Shown here one piece after another: positions 33,221 through 42,136 of a stretch of 61,927 nt of DNA (the stretch's first letter is position 1; each line of letters starts with the position of its first letter). Both the position numbers and the translations under genes were made by a program. Location: assembly GCA_964548195.1 (NCBI GenBank), contig CAZJQC010000009.1, positions 1 to 61,927 on the forward strand, in the 5' to 3' direction. The notes beneath the pieces were generated by a model that made no database searches, had not been told where the DNA came from, and was given only the letters and a program-made list of their open reading frames with translations. This stretch comes from an uncultured bacterium. GTDB lineage: Bacteria > Macinerneyibacteriota > Macinerneyibacteria > Macinerneyibacteriales > DSCS01.

Positions 33221-33367
33221 GCCGGGAAGAAAGTGATTTTGACACAGGGACGGGCTGTAATGCCCGGGCGGCTCTCCGCCAGCCCCTTCCGATACTAAAG
33301 TATTACTATTTAAGGAATAAAATTATTGACTCAAAGTTTATTGTGTGGTAAATCTTAGAGGGGAAAA

Positions 33368-33769
33368 ATGGAAAAAGAATATAATTGGAAAGTACATTTT
33401 TTTAAAAAAGCTCCGGTCAGGGGTATTTTAATGGCTGCCTTCGGGTTGTTCCTTATGGTATATCTCGGATATTTCGAGGGCAGTGTTTTTCTCGCGGTTT
33501 TGGCTTTTATACTTGTTTTCGTCCCCAACGTGAATTTTTTCTTTCCGATCGAGTACAATGTCTCGGAGGAGGGCATACGGGTGTCGACCCCGTTTCGGGT
33601 GAAAATATATGGCTGGAGCGAGCTGAAAAGATATAAGACCGTAAAAGATGCGGTTTTGCTCAATTATCCTCTTTCCCGAAGAAGAGTGAGACGGGACAAA
33701 ACAATATTTTTGTTTGATGTTCCTGATCTGAATGCCGTTGAGCAGGTCATTAAGGAGCATGTCATATGA
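33368..33769 (+). CDS. Hypothetical 2-TM membrane protein with PH-like C-terminal region
   Basis: GAGGGG SD; two TM helices; FFFPIEY.VSEEGI...W beta pattern. Confidence 0.8.
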   Translation: MEKEYNWKVHFFKKAPVRGILMAAFGLFLMVYLGYFEGSVFLAVLAFILVFVPNVNFFFPIEYNVSEEGIRVSTPFRVKIYGWSELKRYKTVKDAVLLNYPLSRRRVRRDKTIFLFDVPDLNAVEQVIKEHVI

Positions 33770-34134
33770 ATTTTATTTATGAAGACATCCCGGCTGAGGA
33801 AAGAAATGCCTTATTGGACAAGGTCGCGGCTCAGGTGGTGCGGTTTCACATGGCTGTTCCGGCGGTGGTCTTTCTTGAGAGCACCAAGTATATGAACAGA
33901 CTGGGCTCACAGTTCCTTATATTTGCCTCACCAGTTGTCAGCGCTGTCTTTACCAGCTGGGAAATAGAGAAATTTGCGGTGATCATGGAGGAGCGGGATA
34001 ATGTTGAATATCTCCTTGACAGGATCGAGGAGCTTGATGCTGAGATGATTGAGAAGGAGAAAGCGGAAAAGATTGCGCGGAAGGCGCTTAAGAGAAAAAA
34101 GAAAAGCCTTTTTAGAAGAATCTTTGGAAAGTAG
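33766..34134 (+). CDS. Hypothetical helical protein (122 aa)
   Basis: AAGGAG SD, ATGA overlap with the upstream gene; PAVVFLES..GSQ core, basic C-tail. Confidence 0.8.
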   Translation: MNFIYEDIPAEERNALLDKVAAQVVRFHMAVPAVVFLESTKYMNRLGSQFLIFASPVVSAVFTSWEIEKFAVIMEERDNVEYLLDRIEELDAEMIEKEKAEKIARKALKRKKKSLFRRIFGK

Positions 34135-34147
34135 AAAGGAGTCGTTC

Positions 34148-36082
34148 ATGGGTGACAAAAAAGAGATGAAGACGATTATAGCTACCGACTGCGGTAGTAC
34201 GACGACAAAGGCTATTTTGGTCGAAAAAGTCGGCAATGAGTACAGACTTATTAATAGAGGTGAAGCGCCTACCACAGTTGAAGCTCCCTTTGAGGACGTT
34301 ACAAAAGGTGCCTTGAACGCCATAAACGAGATCGAGGACCTGTCCGGCAGAAAATTTATAGAAAACGATCTTCTCATCAAGGAAAGAAAAAACGACAAGG
34401 AAGGTATGGACATATATGTCTCCACTTCATCGGCCGGCGGAGGCCTGCAGATGATGGTGGCCGGAGTCGTCAAATCCATGACGGGCGAATCCGCACAGCG
34501 CGCCGCGCTGGGAGCCGGAGCCATAGTCATGGATGTCATTGCCACCAATGACGGAAGACTTCCCCATCAAAGGATAGAGACCATAAGGAATCTTCGTCCT
34601 GACATGATACTTCTTGCGGGAGGCATAGACGGCGGCACCACGACACATATAGCGGAACTTGCGGAGATCATAGCTGCCGCGGACCCGAGGCCGAGACTGG
34701 GCATCGGGTATCAGCTGCCGATCATCTATGCGGGCAATTCCGACGAAAAGGCCAGAAAGATAGTGACAGACACAGTCGGCGGCAAGATGGCTCTTGAGAT
34801 AGTGGACAATATAAGGCCCACCCTTGAACATGAGAACCTGGGCCCGGCCAGACATAAAATACATAATCTTTTTATGGAGCACGTCATGCAGCAGGCTCCC
34901 GGATATAAAAAGCTGATGTCATGGACGGATGCGCCTATCATGCCTACGCCCGGAGCGGTGGGTTCCATGATACAGACCGTCGCTGAAGAGAGAAACATGG
35001 CGGTAGTGGGTGTCGACATAGGCGGCGCCACAACCGATGTCTTCTCGGTTTTCGAGTCTGAAAACGAGAAAGGCGATATAGAAAAGGTGTTCAACAGGAC
35101 AGTGTCCGCGAACCTCGGCATGAGCTACAGTATTTCCAATGTGTTTGCCGAAGCCGGACTGGAAAATGTCATGAGATGGATGCCCATGCATATGGACGAG
35201 AAAAAACTCAGAAACATAGTCAAAAATAAGATGATCAGGCCCACCACCATACCTGAGACGCTGGAATCTCTGGTGTTTGAGCAGGCTATTGCAAGGGAGG
35301 CGCTGAGGCTGGCGTTTGAGCATCACAAGTCACTTGCGGTAGGGCTCAAGGGCGTGCAGCAGCAGAGGACGATCTCAGACGCATTTGAGCAGACTGAGAG
35401 CGGACAGAGCCTGGTGGATATGATGAGGCTCGATATGATCATAGGAAGCGGCGGTGTGCTTTCACACGCCCCCAGAAGACATCAGTCGGCCTATATGCTT
35501 ATAGACGCGTTCCTGCCTGAAGGCATCACCACCCTTACTGTCGACAGCATTTTCATGATGCCGCAGCTTGGCGTGCTTGCCCAGGTCAACAAGGAAGCCG
35601 CCACGCAGGTCTTTGAGAGAGACTGCCTTGTATATCTTGGTACTTGTATCGCCCCTGTGGGCAAAGGCAAGATCGGCAGCCCGGTCATGGACATCGTAGT
35701 GGAATATCCCATTGACAGGGATGAGATCATCAAAAAGACCGGTGCGGAGAGCCCCCATTTCCCTGTGATAGAGGACATGACGGGCAATGTGATCAAAAGG
35801 ACAGTCACCTACGGTGAGATGTATAGAGTGCCTCTTGAATTGGGACACAGCGCCAAAGTCATCATAAAGCCCTATAAGGGTTTTGATATAGGCGCCGGCG
35901 CCGGCAAGGAGTTGTCGGCAACTGTCAATGGCGGGACCACGGGTATCATATTCGATGCCAGGGGAAGACGTCCGTTTACAATACCTGCCGATAACAAGGA
36001 AAGAGTGAAAAAACTTGTAGAATGGACCAAGGTGATGGACGCGTGCGATACCGTTGCTTTGGAAAAATATATAAACGAATAA
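34148..36082 (+). CDS. GlmL/MutL-family (glutamate mutase L-like) ASKHA ATPase, 644 aa
   Basis: DCGSTTTK, SSAGGGL, PDMILLAGGIDGG, MPTPGAV, VDIGGATTDVFS, IGSGGVL; AAAGGAG SD before ATG 34148. Confidence 0.85.
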   Translation: MGDKKEMKTIIATDCGSTTTKAILVEKVGNEYRLINRGEAPTTVEAPFEDVTKGALNAINEIEDLSGRKFIENDLLIKERKNDKEGMDIYVSTSSAGGGLQMMVAGVVKSMTGESAQRAALGAGAIVMDVIATNDGRLPHQRIETIRNLRPDMILLAGGIDGGTTTHIAELAEIIAAADPRPRLGIGYQLPIIYAGNSDEKARKIVTDTVGGKMALEIVDNIRPTLEHENLGPARHKIHNLFMEHVMQQAPGYKKLMSWTDAPIMPTPGAVGSMIQTVAEERNMAVVGVDIGGATTDVFSVFESENEKGDIEKVFNRTVSANLGMSYSISNVFAEAGLENVMRWMPMHMDEKKLRNIVKNKMIRPTTIPETLESLVFEQAIAREALRLAFEHHKSLAVGLKGVQQQRTISDAFEQTESGQSLVDMMRLDMIIGSGGVLSHAPRRHQSAYMLIDAFLPEGITTLTVDSIFMMPQLGVLAQVNKEAATQVFERDCLVYLGTCIAPVGKGKIGSPVMDIVVEYPIDRDEIIKKTGAESPHFPVIEDMTGNVIKRTVTYGEMYRVPLELGHSAKVIIKPYKGFDIGAGAGKELSATVNGGTTGIIFDARGRRPFTIPADNKERVKKLVEWTKVMDACDTVALEKYINE

Positions 36083-36093
36083 GGAGGTAGGAC

Positions 36094-37218
36094 ATGGCTC
36101 AGGCGTTTACACCGGGTTTGAAAGTAACCAAAGAAACTATTGTCAAAAAGAAAAGGATCCTCCCTTTGAAGGGTGACGTTATGGTAAAGGTCGGCGACAC
36201 CGTGGATTACGGCACGGTCGTGGCGAAGACAGACCTGCCGGGCAACGTAATACCCATAAATATAGCCAATCAGCTGGGCGTGGCGGCCAATGAAGTCCGC
36301 GAATGTATGATTAAAAAAGAGGGAGACAGCATTGTCAAGGGCGAGAAGATCGCCATGTACAAATCCTTTTTCGGACTTTTTAAAAACCATTCGGTCGCAC
36401 CTATTACCGGCACTATTGAGAATATCTCGGATGTCACGGGCCAGGTACTCCTTAGAGAGCCGCCGCTTCCCATAGAAGTGGATGCGTATATTGACGGCAC
36501 TGTGACCGAAGTCATTGAAAACGAGGGTGTTGCCGTGGAATGCATGGGCTCCTTCATACAGGGCATTTTCGGCCTTTCCGGCGAAAGAAGCGGCGAGATC
36601 ATCGTAGTGGCCGATTCGCCCGAACAGGAACTGCAGGCGGATATGCTGAAACCCGAGCATAAGGATAAAGTCGTGGTCGGCGGTTCATATATCAGGCTTG
36701 ACGCCATACGCAAGGCCAGACAAATAGGCGTGGCTGCCGTAGTGGTCGGCGGCGTTGACGACAAGGACCTCAGGGCCTTGCTCGGCTACGACATAGGCGT
36801 TGCCATCACCGGACATGAGAAGATCGGCTTCACACTGATCACCACCGAAGGTTTCGGCGAGATGAACATGGCTAAAAGGACATTTGACCTCCTCAAGGAA
36901 AACGAGGGAAAACGCGCGTCAGTCAACGGCGCCACTCAGATCCGCGCGGGCGTCATGAGGCCTGAGATAATCATACCCAGCGGCAAGGACATAAAGGGAT
37001 ATAAAGGCGACACCGGAGAGGGCAGAGGCCTTCAGATAGGTGACCCGATAAGGATCATCAGGGAACCTCTGTTTGGCGAATTGGGCACTATAACAGAGAT
37101 GATCTCGGACCTTACAATGATGGAATCCGAGACTATGGTGCGTGTGTTCAGGGTAAAACTCGCCAACGGCGAGGAGAGGACCGTGCCGCGTGCCAATGTC
37201 GAAAGGATAGAGATATAA
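36094..37218 (+). CDS. Hypothetical protein with barrel-sandwich hybrid motifs and C-terminal KOW-like domain
   Basis: VKVGDTV, KEGDSIVKGEKIA, APITGTI, AYIDGTVTEV; C-terminal IGDPIRIIREPLFGELG; AAGGAGGT SD. Confidence 0.8.
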   Translation: MAQAFTPGLKVTKETIVKKKRILPLKGDVMVKVGDTVDYGTVVAKTDLPGNVIPINIANQLGVAANEVRECMIKKEGDSIVKGEKIAMYKSFFGLFKNHSVAPITGTIENISDVTGQVLLREPPLPIEVDAYIDGTVTEVIENEGVAVECMGSFIQGIFGLSGERSGEIIVVADSPEQELQADMLKPEHKDKVVVGGSYIRLDAIRKARQIGVAAVVVGGVDDKDLRALLGYDIGVAITGHEKIGFTLITTEGFGEMNMAKRTFDLLKENEGKRASVNGATQIRAGVMRPEIIIPSGKDIKGYKGDTGEGRGLQIGDPIRIIREPLFGELGTITEMISDLTMMESETMVRVFRVKLANGEERTVPRANVERIEI

Positions 37219-37229
37219 ACGATATTTCG

Positions 37230-37610
37230 TTGACCTCAAAAGTCAGAGATATATTGATGGATATAATACGCAATTCCTACAGCCCCTATTCGGGTTTCCC
37301 GGTGGGGGCTGTGGCTGTCTCAACAGACGGACGGATGTTTCCCGGAGTCAATGTGGAGAACGCTTCATACGGACTGACATCCTGCGCGGAACGGAACGCG
37401 GTCTTCAACGCTGTCGCATCCGGCGCCACGGCGTTCACCATGGTCATGCTGATGACAGACACGGAAGACCCGGTGACTCCATGCGGCGCCTGCAGACAGG
37501 TGCTTGCGGAGTTCTGTCCTCCCGACATGCCGGTCATATGTGAGACTTTGAACGGCAGATCAAAGACCTATCAGCTAAAAGACCTTATACCCTTCGCTTT
37601 CGGCCTTTGA
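37230..37610 (+). CDS. cdd: Cytidine deaminase, homotetrameric type (TTG start, weak SD)
   Basis: YSPYSGFPVGA, NVENASY, CAERNA, PCGACRQ. Confidence 0.93.
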   Translation: MTSKVRDILMDIIRNSYSPYSGFPVGAVAVSTDGRMFPGVNVENASYGLTSCAERNAVFNAVASGATAFTMVMLMTDTEDPVTPCGACRQVLAEFCPPDMPVICETLNGRSKTYQLKDLIPFAFGL

Positions 37611-37672
37611 CGCCACCCTTTTCGCCATGACTCAAAAATCGTGAAAAAAATCATCCTTATGTAAAAAAACAC

Positions 37673-37700
37673 TTGACATAAAAAAAAGGCGACGTATATT
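37673..37700 (+). promoter_or_regulatory. sigma70-type promoter of the TetR operon
   Basis: TTGACA-16 nt-TATATT. Confidence 0.7.
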
Positions 37701-37709
37701 TCTTTTAGA

Positions 37710-37731
37710 AATGAATGACTATTCATTCATT
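37710..37731. promoter_or_regulatory. TetR operator, FadR(YsiA)-box type
   Basis: Perfect 9-bp inverted repeat AATGAATGA-CTAT-TCATTCATT just downstream of the -10; matches the Bacillus FadR box WTGAATGAMTANTCATTCAN as recalled. Confidence 0.85.
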
Positions 37732-37753
37732 AATTTTTCAAAGGGGTGATTAT

Positions 37754-38365
37754 ATGGCAAGGACAAAAAGCGACATGAAGGAGCAGCAGATCATTAATGC
37801 TGCCATGGAGTTGTTCGCCCAGAAGGGCTATTTCTACACGAATGTCAAGGAGATAGCGGATAAGGCCAACGTGGGCGTGGGAACAGTGTATATATATTTT
37901 CAGAACAAGGATGAGATACTTATAACACTCTTCAAGGGTTTTTTCAGCAAGGTCGCCGAAAGGATATCACAGGTGCTTGAAAGAGATATGAATACACTTG
38001 ACAAACTGAAGCTGGCCCTGAGGGTGCTCATAGACCGCCTGAGCCAGAACATAGATATGGCGCGCGTGTTCGTCGTGGAACTGGATCAGTCACATCAGGC
38101 GCTCAGCCACTTGTCGCCACTGATATTCAAGCAGTTTTACAGATGGATATCCGCTTTGGTTGAAGAAGCGCAGGAGCAAAACCTGCTCAGAGAAGATATC
38201 AATATCAACATCATGAGCATCAGCGCCTTCGGCATCATCCAGGCACTGCTCAGCGACTGGGTAACAAACAAGTATTCCACGCAGAAACTCCTGAATATGC
38301 AGGATATCGCCCTGGAATATTACATGAAAGGCATAGAAAGGAGAAGCAATGCGCAAAATGACTGA
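37754..38365 (+). CDS. TetR-family regulator, FadR(YsiA)-like
   Basis: HTH IADKANVGVGTVYIYFQNKDEIL; C-domain ELDQS and FGII..L.DWV resemble YsiA; AAGGGGTG SD before ATG 37754. Confidence 0.9.
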   Translation: MARTKSDMKEQQIINAAMELFAQKGYFYTNVKEIADKANVGVGTVYIYFQNKDEILITLFKGFFSKVAERISQVLERDMNTLDKLKLALRVLIDRLSQNIDMARVFVVELDQSHQALSHLSPLIFKQFYRWISALVEEAQEQNLLREDININIMSISAFGIIQALLSDWVTNKYSTQKLLNMQDIALEYYMKGIERRSNAQND

Positions 38366-41225
38366 GTTTATACTGAAAAGACCGATAGCCGTGATAGGCG
38401 CGACGATACTGATCACGCTGTTCATGGGGATATTCATAAAAGACGTGTGGTTCGACAACGACGTAAGCCATCTGATCCCGGATAAAAACAGTGACAACGT
38501 CTTTCACCAGGAGATAAAAGACACCTTCGGTTCGCAGGGCATGATATTCATAGAGTTCCTGCGGGACGATGAAACGGGAATATTCAATTATGACACGCTC
38601 AAAAGGATCGAGCGGATCTCCCATGTCTTCGAGGGAATGGAATATGCGGATGACGTCCTTTCTGTCGCTGTGAGCAATAACATAGTCGGAGATGAAGTGG
38701 GGATGAGCGTGGGGCCGGTATGGGAAGAAGGCACGCTGGACGCCAGTCCCGGATCCATATCAAGGATAAAAGACGATGTCTACTCCAACCCTCTGTATAT
38801 CAAAAGCATCGTCTCCGAGGACGGAAAAGCCGCAAGCATTATCATAAAACTTGATGAAAAAAACATTGAAAACACGGATGATGATACGGCTTATGAGGAT
38901 TATCTGTCGGATACGGACTATTACGCGGGCCTTTTTTCCGGAGCGGGGCTGCTTGCCTCAGACCCGGTAACAGGTAAAAACAGCGTCACACTGAAGCTCA
39001 GGGAAGGTGTTTCGCAGGACAGCCTCATAACATTCATGTGCGATAACGCGGTATACTCGAATAAGTTTTTCACCCGTACGGAAAAAAACGGCGACTCATA
39101 TGATGTCGTCTTCTCATTCGACAAAAAGTACCTTCACCTCCTTATTGAAGACAAAGTCGTCGAAGATATCAAAAAGATACTGAATGAGATACCCGGCCGC
39201 GAGGAGACCTATTACTCCGGAGAAAAGATCGTCAACTCCCTGCTGGGCCATTACATGATGGACGATGTCACAAAGATGGTGCCGCTTGTGGTGCTTGTGG
39301 TGCTGTTGTTTCTTTTTATAGCCTTCAGGACGGTCAGAGGGGTCGCTTTTCCGCTGCTCTCCGTACTCTTTTCAACCGTATGGGTGATGGGGCTCATGGG
39401 GCTCTTGAACGTGCCGCTGAACCAGGCTTCCGTGGCATTGCCCGTACTGCTGATCGGCGTGGGCAGCGCCTACGGCATACATGTCATGAACAGTTATTAT
39501 GAGCATATAGGAGAGGACCTGGAGCGCAGGCAGATCATAATAAAAATAATGGAGATCGTGGGAATAGCAGTACTCATGGCCGGAGTGACCACGATAATCG
39601 GATTTTTGTCACTGACGTCATCCCCCATGATACCCATGAAGAATTTCGGGCTCTTTACCGCAACGGGCATACTTTTCGCCCTTTTGATGAACATAATCTT
39701 TGTGCCCGCGGTATTGACGCTTATGCCTAAACCTAAAAAGATCAGGGAAGAGTATGCGGCCGGGGATGAAGACGGTCACCGCGGCTTTAACAAATTTCTT
39801 TCCGCATTCGGCAAAGGCGTTTACAAAGCCAGAGCATGGATAATGGTATGCTCACTCCTTGCGGCCGCCGTCGCGGTCTGGGGCATTACAAAGATGGTGA
39901 TCGATACAAACACCATAGAAGCCTTCAAGAAAACCAGCATGGTCCGCATAGCAGACGATAAGATCAATGACAGGTTCGGCGGCACATCCTCTCTCAATAT
40001 AGTCATTGACGGCCTTACGGCCGATATGATGAAAGAGCCCGAAGTGCTGCGCAAGATCGAAAAGATACAGCGCTATGCGGAACAACAGGATTACGTCGGA
40101 AAGACAGTCTCCTTCGTTGATTATGTCAAACTGATGAATAAGGCGATGAATAACAATGATCCGGCATTTTATGTCGTACCCGATACAAGGGAACTTGTGG
40201 CTCAATACCTGTTTCTCTACTCTTCATCGGGAGACCCGGACGATTTCAAGGATGTCGTTGACTATAATTATCAGAAGGCCAACATACTTATACAGATCAC
40301 AAAACCCAGCACGATGTACATAAAAGACATCGTGGAGAATGTCGAGGGCTATGCGAAACAGCTGTTCGAAGATACCGGCGATTTTTCAAACGCTCCGCCT
40401 CGCGTGACTCTTGACAGGATCCATTCGTCAGCCTATCGATTCGATGTGGAATCATATGATATCGGCATCGTGGAAGACGGACTGAAGGCTCTTTCCGCTC
40501 TGCCGGAGATCAAGGGCAATGAAGATATGAACGAGATAGTGAACGATTATAGTGAGCTTGCCGGCGAAGACAGGGCATCCGGGGAGGAACTGGCTTCCTT
40601 CTCGCTTATCGAGCCTCTTAACGACCTTGACGGCATAAGCTATGGGGAACTTGAGGGATTCGCGGGCAAATCCGCCGCGGTAAGGGCTGGCGGCACGTCA
40701 AAGCTATACCTCGTCGTCAATAAAATGATCATAGATACACAGATCAAGAGCATTATCATGGCGGTTATACTTGTGATCATAGTCGTTGCCATGATGTTCA
40801 GGTCATTGGCCGCCGGCTCCATGAGCGTCCTGCCGCTCGTACTCACAATACTGGTGAATTTCGGGATCATGGGCTTCACAGGCACAAAACTCGACCTTGC
40901 CACTGCGATGATAGCATCTGTCTCCATCGGTATCGGCGTTGATTACGCCATACATTTTCTCACCAGGTACAGGCGTATATTCGCTGAGACCGGAGATTAT
41001 TCGGTGGCTGTCGAAAAAACAATGCTCACCTCGGGAAGAGCTATCATATATAATATGGCTTCGGTCACAGCCGGGTTCCTTGTGCTGTGTTTCTCGAACT
41101 TTCCGCCTCTTCAGTCGGCGGGATGGCTTATTGCAGTGACCATGATAGTCTCCTCGCTGGGAGCGCTTACTGTCCTCCCCACATTTCTGGGGATAGTCAA
41201 ACCGGGCTTTTTGAAAAAAAAATAA
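38349..41225 (+). CDS. MMPL/RND-superfamily transporter (958 aa)
   Basis: Two repeats of TM, periplasmic loop, 5 TMs; LIGVGSAYGIH and SIGIGVDYAIHF TM4/TM10 motifs. Confidence 0.92.
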   Translation: MRKMTEFILKRPIAVIGATILITLFMGIFIKDVWFDNDVSHLIPDKNSDNVFHQEIKDTFGSQGMIFIEFLRDDETGIFNYDTLKRIERISHVFEGMEYADDVLSVAVSNNIVGDEVGMSVGPVWEEGTLDASPGSISRIKDDVYSNPLYIKSIVSEDGKAASIIIKLDEKNIENTDDDTAYEDYLSDTDYYAGLFSGAGLLASDPVTGKNSVTLKLREGVSQDSLITFMCDNAVYSNKFFTRTEKNGDSYDVVFSFDKKYLHLLIEDKVVEDIKKILNEIPGREETYYSGEKIVNSLLGHYMMDDVTKMVPLVVLVVLLFLFIAFRTVRGVAFPLLSVLFSTVWVMGLMGLLNVPLNQASVALPVLLIGVGSAYGIHVMNSYYEHIGEDLERRQIIIKIMEIVGIAVLMAGVTTIIGFLSLTSSPMIPMKNFGLFTATGILFALLMNIIFVPAVLTLMPKPKKIREEYAAGDEDGHRGFNKFLSAFGKGVYKARAWIMVCSLLAAAVAVWGITKMVIDTNTIEAFKKTSMVRIADDKINDRFGGTSSLNIVIDGLTADMMKEPEVLRKIEKIQRYAEQQDYVGKTVSFVDYVKLMNKAMNNNDPAFYVVPDTRELVAQYLFLYSSSGDPDDFKDVVDYNYQKANILIQITKPSTMYIKDIVENVEGYAKQLFEDTGDFSNAPPRVTLDRIHSSAYRFDVESYDIGIVEDGLKALSALPEIKGNEDMNEIVNDYSELAGEDRASGEELASFSLIEPLNDLDGISYGELEGFAGKSAAVRAGGTSKLYLVVNKMIIDTQIKSIIMAVILVIIVVAMMFRSLAAGSMSVLPLVLTILVNFGIMGFTGTKLDLATAMIASVSIGIGVDYAIHFLTRYRRIFAETGDYSVAVEKTMLTSGRAIIYNMASVTAGFLVLCFSNFPPLQSAGWLIAVTMIVSSLGALTVLPTFLGIVKPGFLKKK

Positions 41226-41238
41226 AGGAGGATGTTTT

Positions 41239-42081
41239 ATGAAAAAGACAATGATCTTAGTGGTTGCGTTTATGGTGTCGGCGGCGTCTGTTTTTGCCGG
41301 CATGACGGGTTACGATGTGATGAAGAAAGCGGATGAACGCTATACGGGCGATGACGGCCTCACAAAAATGCAGATGGTCATAGTAAACAGCAGAAAACAG
41401 GAGCGGAACAGAGAGATAGTCATATGGCGCAAAAAGGTCGATAAGGCAAATGACCTCAGCAACACGTTTCTCTACTTTATAAAACCGGCGGATGTCAAAG
41501 ACACTACCTTTTTGGTGCAGGAACGGGCTGACGGCGGAGACGACGACCAGTGGATCTATCTTCCCGCGACAAGAAAAGTGCGCATGATATCTTCTTCGGA
41601 AAAAGACAAATCGTTCATGGGAACGGACTTTTCCTATGATGACATGAGCGACCGCAATATCGATGAATATGATTGGGAACTGCTCGGCAGCGAAAAGGTC
41701 GGCGATTACGACTGTTATCAGGTAAAGGGCAGCAAAAAGGACAAGAACGATGCCGCTTACGACCATACAGTGTTCTGGGTCACAAAAGAGCACTGGGTCC
41801 CGGTAAAGGCTGTCATGTATGACATTAAAAGCCCGGACAAGGTGGCAAAGGTCATGCTTATAAACGACCTCAAACTCATACAGAATATATGGACGCCCAA
41901 TGAGAGCATCATGTATACCATGAAACCCATATACAGAGAGGGGCGTGACCTGGAAAAAAGCTTTTCAAGCAAGACAATACTCACCGTGGAAGAGATCAAA
42001 TATAACGTGGGTTTCTCAAACGACATATTCAGTCAGAGAAATATGAAAAGGCCCGCGAGTTACACCGAATATCTTAAATGA
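41239..42081 (+). CDS. LolA-like periplasmic 'outer membrane lipoprotein-sorting' protein
   Basis: Signal peptide; PADVKDTTFL, DDQWIYLPA.RKVR.I, SFMGTDFSYDD, IFSQRNMKR signatures. Confidence 0.9.
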   Translation: MKKTMILVVAFMVSAASVFAGMTGYDVMKKADERYTGDDGLTKMQMVIVNSRKQERNREIVIWRKKVDKANDLSNTFLYFIKPADVKDTTFLVQERADGGDDDQWIYLPATRKVRMISSSEKDKSFMGTDFSYDDMSDRNIDEYDWELLGSEKVGDYDCYQVKGSKKDKNDAAYDHTVFWVTKEHWVPVKAVMYDIKSPDKVAKVMLINDLKLIQNIWTPNESIMYTMKPIYREGRDLEKSFSSKTILTVEEIKYNVGFSNDIFSQRNMKRPASYTEYLK

Positions 42082-42089
42082 TTTTTAAC

Positions 42090-42116
42090 GGGGGGCTCGG
42101 CGCGCGCCGGGCCCTT
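42090..42116 (+). other. Intra-operon GC-rich stem-loop without U tract
   Basis: GGGGGGCTCGGC-GCGC-GCCGGGCCCTTC. Confidence 0.55.
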
Positions 42117-42136
42117 CCCATGCATGAGGAGGACCG

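Noticed and set aside
33326..33354. TTGACT-17-TAAATC promoter for the GlmL module
   Set aside because: The -10 lacks the conserved final T; plausible but not supportable without TSS data
34049..34147. Arg-rich N-terminal extension of the GlmL-like ORF (similar extensions on rpoC, rpsJ, ankyrin, nitroreductase ORFs)
   Set aside because: ORF-caller over-extension into upstream genes; SD-supported starts lie downstream
34148..36082. DNA mismatch-repair MutL or hydantoinase/oxoprolinase call
   Set aside because: Motifs are ASKHA/actin-fold GlmL-type, not GHKL; hydantoinase-specific regions and partner subunits are not seen
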